64,000 nucleotides of DNA from contig JBAZRI010000003.1 of NCBI GenBank assembly GCA_041662965.1, positions 65,331 to 129,330 of the forward strand. Reading direction: 5' to 3'. The notes beneath the pieces were generated by a model that searched no databases, was not told the DNA's origin, and saw only the letters and a list, made by a program, of their open reading frames with translations. Position 1 is the stretch's first letter. Every line of letters begins with the position of its first letter. This DNA is from Patescibacteria group bacterium (GTDB lineage: Bacteria > Patescibacteriota > Patescibacteriia > Patescibacteriales > GWC2-42-12). This document shows positions 1 through 8,311 of the stretch, piece by piece. Both the position numbers and the translations under genes were made by a program.

Positions 1-99
1 CGCAACGAGAAAAAAACTAACCCAAGACTTCGCATTCTGTAAAAACCGACATCTTTGCGCGACAGGTTCTACTAAAAATTGTCAAAAAATAAACTATAA

Positions 100-3000
100 T
101 TAATCCGCTTTCTGTCGATACCCCGTGCCCGCCGGAATCGGCCGGCCGATAATGACATTTTCTTTAAGCCCTTCAAGATGATCAACCTTGCCGGTAACCG
201 CCGCGTCAATCAAGACTCTGGCGGTTTCCTGGAACGAAGCCGCTGATAAAAAGCTATTGGTGGTGAGCGATGATTTGGTTATGCCTAATAACAACTCTTC
301 GCCCTTGGCCGGCTTTTTATCTTTAGCTTTTACCTCTTCATTGGTCCGGTCAAAAATCGCTTTTTCTACGATTTCTCCGGGCAATAACTCCGTATCGCCG
401 GCGTCATTAACATAAACGCGCGCGAACATTTGTCTAGCGATTATCTCTATATGCTTGTCATTCAGCGGCTGGCCCTGGGAGGAATAAACGTACTGAATTT
501 CTTTAATAATATATTTTTGCGCTTCTAATTTGCCGCGCAGCTGGTACAATTGATGCAGATCCAAAGAGCCCTCGGTTAATTGGTCGCCAATTTTAACTTC
601 GTCGCCATCTTTAACCCAAACGCCAAAGCCTTTCGGCACGATAAACTCTTTAACCTTTTCCACGTCGCTCACAACTTTAATTAATTTTTCATTTAATTTA
701 ACCACGCCGGCCTTTCTGGCTTTAAAAACTTTTTTGCCGATAGCGAACAATTCGCTGTTTTTAACGACTTCGGCGCCGTCTTTAACCAATATTTTTACGT
801 CTTTCTTTTTATTGTCTTTATCTTCTAGAGAGGCTTCCTTAACCGCTTCGGTAAAATAATATTTATCGCTTTCCGCGCCTTGATAATATATCTTTAAAAT
901 TTTTGATTGCGGATTGGAAATAATCATTTCTCCGGCTTCGCCGGCGATTGTCCTTTGCGCCGTCTCAATTTTAACCTTGCCGGCAACGTCGGCGACAAAA
1001 GCTTTCTTTTTCGGCGGGCGCCCTTCAAAAATTTCTTCAACGCGAGGCAGACCTTGGGTAATATCTTCTTGGCCGGCTACGCCGCCGGTATGGAAGGTTC
1101 TCATGGTAAGCTGAGTTCCCGGCTCGCCGATTGACTGAGCCGCAATAATGCCTACGGCCGTGCCGATCGCTACCTTCTTGTTATATGCCAGGTCATAGCC
1201 ATAACATTTAGCGCAGATGCCACGGTGTATTTTACAAGTCAAAACCGATCTGACTTTGACTTCTAAAATATCTTCTTTAGCAATTTTTTCCCCGAGCTCT
1301 TCGGTAACTAGTTCCCCGGCTTTTATTAAAACCTTGCCTTTTGCGTTTTTTAAATCAGCGGCTAAAAATCTGCCGGTCATGCGCTTAACCAAGTTTTCAC
1401 CCATCTCTTCGCTTTCTTTTTTAATAATTAACAAGCCTTCTTTGTCTCCGCAATCATCTTTGACGATTATGACATCTTGGGAAACATCAACTAAGCGCCT
1501 GGTTAAATAACCGGCGTTAGAAGTACGGAGAGCCGTATCGGATAAACCTTTGCGTACGCCGTGCGTGGCGATAAAATATTCAAGAACCGAGAAGCCTTGC
1601 TTAAAATTTCCTTTAACCGGCAATTCAATAATGTCGCCGGACGGAGAAGTTACCAAGCCCTTCATGCCTAAAATTTGCGTCAGCTGGGCCCAGGAACCGC
1701 GAGCGCCTGATTCAATCATGGAATAAACCGGCCCGTCTTTCGGCAGATGGTGGCGGCAGATTTCCGTTACTTTTTCTTTGACCGTGGTCCAAAGCTCAAT
1801 AATTTTGCTGTAGCGCTCGCTGTCGGTTAACAATCCGTCATGATATTGCTCGCTGATTTCTTCAGCTTGCTTGGAAGCTTGAACCAGCATTTCGTCTTTC
1901 TCGTAAAGATGAGGTATGTCGTCCATGCCCCAGGATAAACCGCTTTTGGTAATATATTTAAAACTAGCCTTTTTCAAACTATCCAATAAATCAATCGTCG
2001 GCTGTTCGCCGTAGAATCTTAAGCATTCTTTAACTAAATTTTTTAGCTTGCTCTTACCCACGGTTTCGTTGACGAATCGCAGTTTCGGCGGCAAAACTTC
2101 ATTAAAAATAATCCGGCCGACGGTAGTAATTATTAATTTGCCGTCTATCATCGCCCTGATTTTCTGCTGTAATTTTATATTTTTCATGCTGTAAGACAGC
2201 TTGGCATCTTCGGGCGAATAAAAATTTTTCAGCTTTTTTTCATCAGCGTCCAAATAGGCCTGGTCAATATTGGTAATATAAAAAGCTCCCCAAACAATAT
2301 CCTGGTTGGGCGCCACGACCGGATCGCCGGTAGCCGGCTTGAGTAAATTATGGCTGGCCAGCATGATATCGCGAGCTTCGGCGATCGCCTCTTCGGTTAA
2401 AGGCACGTGAACCGCCATTTGGTCGCCGTCAAAATCGGCGTTAAACGCTGTACAAACCAAAGGATTGATCTGGATAGCTAAACCTTCAATTAAAATCGGC
2501 TTAAACGCCTGGATGCCTAAGCGGTGCAAAGTCGGCGCGCGGTTTAACATCACATATGATTTTTTAACAATATCCTCAAGAATATCCCAAACCTCGTCTT
2601 TGCCTGATTCAATATAGCGGGAAGCGCTTCTGACGTTATGGACGATTTCTTTGTTTATCAGCTGGCTGATTATAAAAGGCTTGAATAATTCTAAAGCCAT
2701 GCGCTTAGGCAAACCGCATTGGTCTAAATTCAAATTCGGGTTGACGACGATTACGCTGCGGCCGGAATAATCAATTCTTTTGCCAAGTAAATTCTGTCTG
2801 AATCTGCCCTGCTTGCCTTTTAATGAATCGGCGAGCGACTTAAGCATTCTTTTCTGCCCGGTAGAGGCGACAACCGTTTTGCCGTGCCTGATAGAATTAT
2901 CAATTAAAGCGTCAACCGCTTCCTGAAGCATCCTTTTTTCATTGCGGCAGATAACTTCCGGCGCGTTAAGGTCAATCAGCTGTTTTAAGCGATTGTTGCG

Positions 3001-4044
3001 GTTAATAATCCGGCGGTATAAATCATTTAAGTCTGACGTGGCGAAACGTCCGCCGTCAAGCGGCACCATAGGCCTTAAATCGGGCGGTATAACCGGCACC
3101 ATATTTAAAATCATCCATTCGGGCCTTAAATTATTGGCTCTCAAGCTTTTCAATAATTTTAAACGCCTGATCATTTTATCTTTTTTTGAGTCAATCGCGG
3201 TTAAAAGCTCTTTATCTATAATGGCAATCGTTTTATCCAAATCAATTCTTTCCAAAAGTTTCCTAATGGCGCTGGCGCCGATATCGGCGGTAAAAATATG
3301 CCCGTATTTTAAGCTTAAATTTTGATAAACGCTTTCGGAAATTATGGTTAAAGGCTTTAAGTCTTTTAATTCTTTCTGCGCCTGGTCAAAAGCCTGCTCT
3401 AGATTATTAATTTTGTCATTTTTTATTTTTTCCAAAGATTCAATTTCTTGGCTTAAAATATTGGCAATCTCAAACTCGCTCTTGCCTTGAGTCAGTAATT
3501 TGCCTTTTTTATTTTTAATTTCATTAACCTGCTTTTGCCAATCATTTTCAATGGATTTTCTCTTATTCTTATATTCCTGCTTAATTTGTTCAATGGTGGC
3601 CAAGCATAATTCTTGGTTAACATCGGAAATAATAAAACTGGCGAAATAGACCACTTTTTCTAAAGCCTGCATGGGTAAATCTAAAATTAAGCCGATTTTT
3701 GAAGAAGTGCCGCGCAGAAACCAAATATGGCTTACCGGCGCTTCAAGCTTAATATGCCCCATGCGCTCGCGCCTGACCAAGCTTCTGGTTACTTCCACGC
3801 CGCACCTGTCGCAAATTATGCCTTTATAGCGGATTTTTTTATATTTGCCGCAATAGCACTCCCAATCTTTTGACGGGCCGAAAATACGCTCGCAAAACAA
3901 GCCGTCTTTTTCCGGTTTTTGCGTGCGATAATTAATGGTTTCCGGGCGGATGACTTCGCCGTGGGACCAATGTAAAATTTCTTCAGGTGAAGCTAATTTT
4001 AATTTAATGGCGTCAAAATCGGTGGTCTTTATTGGATTAAGCAT
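100..4044 (-). CDS. rpoC: DNA-directed RNA polymerase subunit beta'
   Basis: 1314-aa ORF with the catalytic NADFDGDQMAVH motif and an N-terminal Zn-finger Cys pattern (CYCGKYKK...CDRCGVEV). Lies directly downstream of rpoB. Confidence 0.97.
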   Translation of the reverse strand: MLNPIKTTDFDAIKLKLASPEEILHWSHGEVIRPETINYRTQKPEKDGLFCERIFGPSKDWECYCGKYKKIRYKGIICDRCGVEVTRSLVRRERMGHIKLEAPVSHIWFLRGTSSKIGLILDLPMQALEKVVYFASFIISDVNQELCLATIEQIKQEYKNKRKSIENDWQKQVNEIKNKKGKLLTQGKSEFEIANILSQEIESLEKIKNDKINNLEQAFDQAQKELKDLKPLTIISESVYQNLSLKYGHIFTADIGASAIRKLLERIDLDKTIAIIDKELLTAIDSKKDKMIRRLKLLKSLRANNLRPEWMILNMVPVIPPDLRPMVPLDGGRFATSDLNDLYRRIINRNNRLKQLIDLNAPEVICRNEKRMLQEAVDALIDNSIRHGKTVVASTGQKRMLKSLADSLKGKQGRFRQNLLGKRIDYSGRSVIVVNPNLNLDQCGLPKRMALELFKPFIISQLINKEIVHNVRSASRYIESGKDEVWDILEDIVKKSYVMLNRAPTLHRLGIQAFKPILIEGLAIQINPLVCTAFNADFDGDQMAVHVPLTEEAIAEARDIMLASHNLLKPATGDPVVAPNQDIVWGAFYITNIDQAYLDADEKKLKNFYSPEDAKLSYSMKNIKLQQKIRAMIDGKLIITTVGRIIFNEVLPPKLRFVNETVGKSKLKNLVKECLRFYGEQPTIDLLDSLKKASFKYITKSGLSWGMDDIPHLYEKDEMLVQASKQAEEISEQYHDGLLTDSERYSKIIELWTTVKEKVTEICRHHLPKDGPVYSMIESGARGSWAQLTQILGMKGLVTSPSGDIIELPVKGNFKQGFSVLEYFIATHGVRKGLSDTALRTSNAGYLTRRLVDVSQDVIIVKDDCGDKEGLLIIKKESEEMGENLVKRMTGRFLAADLKNAKGKVLIKAGELVTEELGEKIAKEDILEVKVRSVLTCKIHRGICAKCYGYDLAYNKKVAIGTAVGIIAAQSIGEPGTQLTMRTFHTGGVAGQEDITQGLPRVEEIFEGRPPKKKAFVADVAGKVKIETAQRTIAGEAGEMIISNPQSKILKIYYQGAESDKYYFTEAVKEASLEDKDNKKKDVKILVKDGAEVVKNSELFAIGKKVFKARKAGVVKLNEKLIKVVSDVEKVKEFIVPKGFGVWVKDGDEVKIGDQLTEGSLDLHQLYQLRGKLEAQKYIIKEIQYVYSSQGQPLNDKHIEIIARQMFARVYVNDAGDTELLPGEIVEKAIFDRTNEEVKAKDKKPAKGEELLLGITKSSLTTNSFLSAASFQETARVLIDAAVTGKVDHLEGLKENVIIGRPIPAGTGYRQKAD

Positions 4045-4069
4045 ACTTTAATGCAAAATTAAAATTTTC

Positions 4070-4168
4070 TGTCATTGCGAGAAGCACGTAATCGGGCGAC
4101 GAAGCAATCTCCGGTTAAAATCAGAGTACGTGAGATTGCTTCGCTTCCTTCAGTCGCTCGCAATGACA
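4070..4168. repeat. TGTCAT-headed GC-rich palindromic repeat, two inverted half-units forming a ~99-nt hairpin in the rpoB-rpoC spacer
   Basis: TGTCATTGCGAG...GCGACGAAGCAATCTC is mirrored by GAGATTGCTTCGC...CTCGCAATGACA. The same unit recurs at 12602, 16086, 45290 and 59845. Confidence 0.9.
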
Positions 4169-4212
4169 ATAAAAAATAATTTTATATTTTAAATGTCATT
4201 TTTAATTATTTG

Positions 4213-7200
4213 TTATCTTTGCTCTCTTTCTCCAAAATTCTGCCTTCTCTCCCCTTCTTCCGCTGGTTTGTCATCGCCTTGCCGTTCTAGATTTACCACC
4301 TGATCGCCCTGTAAAAGCTCAACGTCTAAGCATAAACCTTTTAATTCCCTGACTAAAACGTTAAATGATTCCGGAACATTTAATTTTCTAATCGGCTCTC
4401 CTTTAATAATCGCCTCATAAGCCTTGCTCCGGCCCGGCACGTCATCCGATTTAATGGTTAATATTTCCTGCAGGCAATGAGCCGCGCCATAAGCCTCAAG
4501 CGCCCAAACTTCCATTTCGCCGAAACGCTGGCCGCCGAATTGGGCTTTGCCGCCTAGAGGCTGCTGGGTAATTAAAGAATAAGGCCCGATGGAACGCTGG
4601 TGCATTTTATCTTCAACCATATGGTTTAATTTCAGCATATATTTATAGCCAATCACCACCTGGTTGTCGTAAGCCTCGCCGGTTTTGCCGTCATAAAGAG
4701 TTACTTTGCCGTTGGTCGGCAGGCCGGCTTTCTTTAATTCTTCTTTAATTTGCGCCTCGCTAATGCCGTTTAAAGGCGGCACGGCAATTTTATAATTTAA
4801 TTTTTTTGCCGCGTAGCCTAAATGAGTTTCTAAAAGCTGGCCTAAATTCATTCTGGAAACAACGCCTAAAGGCGATAAAATTATTTCAATCGGCGTGCCA
4901 TCGGCTAAATAAGGCATATCTTCAATCGGCACGACTTTAGAAATAACTCCTTTGTTGCCGTGCCGGCCGGCCATTTTATCGCCGATTTGAATTTTTCTTA
5001 AGTTGGCCACGGTTACCTGAATTGACTGGATTACTCCGGCCGATAGCTTGTCGCCGTCTTCGCGGGAAAACAATTTAATATCAACCACTTTGCCGTGTTC
5101 ACCATGCTCTAAATACAGTGAAGAATCTCTAACGTCTTTGGCTTTTTCGCCGAAAATCGCGCGCAGAAGTTTTTCCTCGGCCGATAGTTCGGTTTCGCCC
5201 TTGGGCGTAATTTTACCGACTAAAATATCGCCTGAAGAAACTTCGGCGCCAATTCGGACAACGCCGCGCTCATCCAAGTCTTTTAATTTTTCCTCGCTGA
5301 TGTTAGGAATGTCATTAGTGATTAATTCCGGACCGAGCTTAGTGTCGCGCACGTCAATCGTATAATTTTCTATATGAATTGAAGAATAAACGTCTTCTTT
5401 CATTAAGCGCTCGGAGATAATCACCGCGTCTTCATAATTAAAGCCTTCCCAACTCATAAAAGCCACGAGCACATTGCGCCCCAGTGACAATTCGCCGTCA
5501 TCTACGGCCGAGCTGTTGGTTAAAACATCGCCTTTTTTTACTTTATCGCCGTGATTAACAATCGGGCGCTGATTTATGCAGGTTGAAGCGTTAGAGCGTA
5601 AAAATTTATTTAAAATATATTTGGTAGTCTGGCCTTTTTTACTTTTAAATTCAATTGAACCGCCGTCCATTTTAACGATTTCGCCGTCGTCAGGAGCTAA
5701 AATAATATGCCCTGAATCAGTAGCCGCCCGCGCTTCCATGCCCGTGCCGACGATCGGCGCTTCGGCGGTTATTAAGGGAACTGCCTGGCGCTGCATGTTT
5801 GTTCCCATTAAAGCCCTGATGCCGTCGTTATGCTCTAAAAAAGGAATTAAAGAAGTGGCCACGGAAACGATTTGATTCGGCGCCACGCCGATTAAATCTA
5901 TTTTTTCCACCGGCTCAAGCGAAGGCTGGCCGTATTTTCTGGCTTCGGCTTTTAGAACTTTAAAATAGCCGTTAGCGTCAACCGGAGTAGTCGCGGGCGT
6001 GGTAATATATTTTTCCTCTTCAAAAGCATCAAGATAAACAATCTCATCGCCTAAAACCGGCACGATCGGAATGGTAACATGGCCCATTTTCGCCTTTAAC
6101 TCGGCCGCGGTTTTTTTATCAATAACCTCGCCGGCCTTGATAATCAATTTGCCTTTTTTATCGCCCTTGATCTCATAAATATCTTCACGGGCGATTTTAT
6201 TAAGAGTCTTGGCCGGATCATTGGCTATGTCATGCAAAACCACGCGGTAAGGCGCTTCAATAAAACCATAACTGTTAAGGCGCGCGTAGCTGGCTAAATG
6301 GCCGACTAAGCCGATATTCGGGCCTTCCGGAGTAGCAATCGGGCAAATACGGCTATAATGGGTGGTATGCACGTCGCGCACTTCAAAGCCGGCGCGTTCG
6401 CGGGTTAAACCGCCCGGGCCCATGGCTGATAACCGGCGCTTATGTTCAAGCTCGGCCAAAGGATTGGTCTGATCCATGAATTGCGATAACTGCGAAGACA
6501 TGAAAAATTCCTTGACCACGCTGATGACCGGACGGGCGTTAATTAATTTATTTGGCGTCAGAGAGTCTATATCCATAATACTCATTCTGTCTCTGACGAT
6601 TCTTTCCATTCTGGCCAAACCGACTCTGAATTTATTTTGAATCAACTCGCCGATCGCTCTGACGCGGCGGTTGCCTAAATGGTCTATATCGTCTTCTCTC
6701 TCCTGGGTAATATTTAATCTGACGATTTCTTTAACGATGGCGATTAGATCTTCCCTTCTTAAAACTCTGTTTTCTTTATTATTGGGAATATTCTGGCCGA
6801 AGCGCTTATTCATCTTATAGCGGCCCACGCGGTCAAAGTCATAGCGGTCAAATCTGAAAAACATGGAATGGATTAATTGCCTGGCATTATCGGTCGTAGC
6901 TAAATCACCCGGCCTTATCCTCTTATATACTTCCTTAAGCCCTTCGGCCTCGTTTTTGGCCGCGTCTTTGGCTAAAGTGGCTTCAATATAGCCGGACAAA
7001 CTTTTCTGGCCGTCGATTCCGCCGGTCAATTCGTTTTTCTCGGTGAACAACTGCCTGATTTCTTCATCCGCTCCATAACCGAAAGCCCTGAATAAAGAAG
7101 TAATGGCGACTTTTCTTTTACGGTCAATTCTGACCCAGATGACATCATTCATGTCGGTTTCAATTTCCAGCCAAGCGCCGCGGTTAGGTATGACTTTGGC

Positions 7201-7674
7201 GCCGTAATATTTTTTGCCCTTAACGAATTCCGAAGTGAAAATAACGCCGGCGCTTCTGATCAACTGCGAAACCACGACTCTTTCAATGCCATTGACTATA
7301 AAAGTGCCGTTTTTAGTCATTAAAGGAAAATCGCCTAAAAACACCTCCTGAGTAACGGCTTGGCCGGTTTTTTTATTGGATAATTTAGCCTTGACTCTAA
7401 GCGAAGCTTCATAAGTGATATTTTTAGACTTACTCTCGCTTTCGTCAAATTTAGGCTCGTCCAAATAATAGTCTTCCAAAGACAATTCAAGGTCGCGGCC
7501 GATAAAATCGGTGATCGGAGAAACTTCTTCAAACAAATCTTTGAGTCCATCAGTCAAAAACCAATTATAAGAATCTTTTTGAATTTCAATTAAATCCGGC
7601 AAATCAATCGATGCCTTGGTATCGCTGAAAAATTTCCGGCCGGCTGATTTTATTTTCGTAGTCATAATATTCAA
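4213..7674 (-). CDS. rpoB: DNA-directed RNA polymerase subunit beta
   Basis: 1153-aa ORF with conserved beta-subunit blocks (GEMEVWALEAYGAA, NMQRQAVPL, GRHGNKGV). The true start may be a few codons inside. Confidence 0.97.
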   Translation of the reverse strand: MNIMTTKIKSAGRKFFSDTKASIDLPDLIEIQKDSYNWFLTDGLKDLFEEVSPITDFIGRDLELSLEDYYLDEPKFDESESKSKNITYEASLRVKAKLSNKKTGQAVTQEVFLGDFPLMTKNGTFIVNGIERVVVSQLIRSAGVIFTSEFVKGKKYYGAKVIPNRGAWLEIETDMNDVIWVRIDRKRKVAITSLFRAFGYGADEEIRQLFTEKNELTGGIDGQKSLSGYIEATLAKDAAKNEAEGLKEVYKRIRPGDLATTDNARQLIHSMFFRFDRYDFDRVGRYKMNKRFGQNIPNNKENRVLRREDLIAIVKEIVRLNITQEREDDIDHLGNRRVRAIGELIQNKFRVGLARMERIVRDRMSIMDIDSLTPNKLINARPVISVVKEFFMSSQLSQFMDQTNPLAELEHKRRLSAMGPGGLTRERAGFEVRDVHTTHYSRICPIATPEGPNIGLVGHLASYARLNSYGFIEAPYRVVLHDIANDPAKTLNKIAREDIYEIKGDKKGKLIIKAGEVIDKKTAAELKAKMGHVTIPIVPVLGDEIVYLDAFEEEKYITTPATTPVDANGYFKVLKAEARKYGQPSLEPVEKIDLIGVAPNQIVSVATSLIPFLEHNDGIRALMGTNMQRQAVPLITAEAPIVGTGMEARAATDSGHIILAPDDGEIVKMDGGSIEFKSKKGQTTKYILNKFLRSNASTCINQRPIVNHGDKVKKGDVLTNSSAVDDGELSLGRNVLVAFMSWEGFNYEDAVIISERLMKEDVYSSIHIENYTIDVRDTKLGPELITNDIPNISEEKLKDLDERGVVRIGAEVSSGDILVGKITPKGETELSAEEKLLRAIFGEKAKDVRDSSLYLEHGEHGKVVDIKLFSREDGDKLSAGVIQSIQVTVANLRKIQIGDKMAGRHGNKGVISKVVPIEDMPYLADGTPIEIILSPLGVVSRMNLGQLLETHLGYAAKKLNYKIAVPPLNGISEAQIKEELKKAGLPTNGKVTLYDGKTGEAYDNQVVIGYKYMLKLNHMVEDKMHQRSIGPYSLITQQPLGGKAQFGGQRFGEMEVWALEAYGAAHCLQEILTIKSDDVPGRSKAYEAIIKGEPIRKLNVPESFNVLVRELKGLCLDVELLQGDQVVNLERQGDDKPAEEGERRQNFGEREQR

Positions 7675-7682
7675 TTTATTTC

Positions 7683-7792
7683 ATCAAGTTAAAATTTAAT
7701 GGCCATAGAGCTTGGCTCGCTATTAAATTTTAACTTGATACATTATATTTTTTGAAAATATTAAAAACTTTTTTTGAAAAAGTTTTTAAAGG
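7683..7792 (-). promoter_or_regulatory. Hairpin plus TATAAT cassette (copy 1 of 3) immediately upstream of rpoB
   Basis: 18-bp AT stem (7683-7700 / 7722-7739) around the conserved loop GGCCATAGAGCTTGGCTCGCT. This is followed by a conserved 53-nt block that reads TATAAT on the minus strand and contains the AAAAACTTTTT/AAAAAGTTTTT palindrome. Copies at 10749 and 61051. Confidence 0.6.
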
Positions 7793-7912
7793 TTAAAAAA
7801 CAAAAAAACCCCAACCAGTTTTTTAATAGCTGTGAGTTAACGCGGAATATTTAATTAATGAGATAAGTCTTCACTTATTTTAGTTTTAAAATATGAACAG
7901 GATATTTTATCG

Positions 7913-7940
7913 CCCCCTTTGAACAAAGGGGGTTAAGGGG
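7913..7940. repeat. Small GC-rich palindrome plus G-run (CCCCCTTTG-AA-CAAAGGGGG-TTAAGGGG)
   Basis: Perfect 9-bp inverted repeat followed by a GGGG tail. Same architecture as the in-ORF elements at 8777, 44541 and 54365. Confidence 0.7.
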
Positions 7941-8030
7941 ATTTTATCTTTTTGATAACAAAAAAACGGCCAGTTTATACCTTTCCATCCTGCTTGTTAC
8001 TGCTTTGACGGAGCCGTTGAGTTTTTATTC

Positions 8031-8056
8031 TGTCATCCCCATATAACCGGGGACGT
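8031..8056. repeat. TGTCAT-headed mini-palindrome (TGTCATCCCC...GGGGACG)
   Basis: Shares the TGTCAT head with the other sub-families. A similar unit is at 45272. Confidence 0.6.
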
Positions 8057-8311
8057 AGAATGAGTTTTATTATGTATCAATTTTTAGCTTGTTGAAAACT
8101 TATTAAATACTAACAACAATCATTAGGCTTGTCAAGGGTTTTCGGTTTAAATTTTATAAAATTACGCAAGCCTATTTAATTTACTTTAATTTTAGCCATA
8201 ATACATAATTTTTTTATTATATCAACATACTGGAGGGCATAATTATCCACAGGTTAGACACGAAGGAAATAATTTTTCAAATTAGTGTTATAAAATATAA
8301 AATTGTTATTT

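Noticed and set aside
188-415. Many 60-180-aa plus-strand ORFs nested inside long minus-strand genes (for example 188-415, 907-1134, 2942-3325, 5048-5365, 13636-14178, 15297-15743, 19409-19894, 45652-46131).
   Set aside because: These are antisense shadow ORFs within well-supported conserved genes. They have low-complexity or Ser/Pro/Leu-rich translations, no RBS and no recognisable motifs.
8243-8251. A perfect DnaA box, TTATCCACA, in the long (637-bp) AT-rich intergenic region upstream of rpoB. A second perfect box lies at 61027-61035. Possible oriC?
   Set aside because: There are only two isolated boxes 53 kb apart, with no cluster of boxes and no dnaA/dnaN nearby. One or two matches to a 9-mer are about what chance predicts in 128 kb of AT-rich two-strand sequence.
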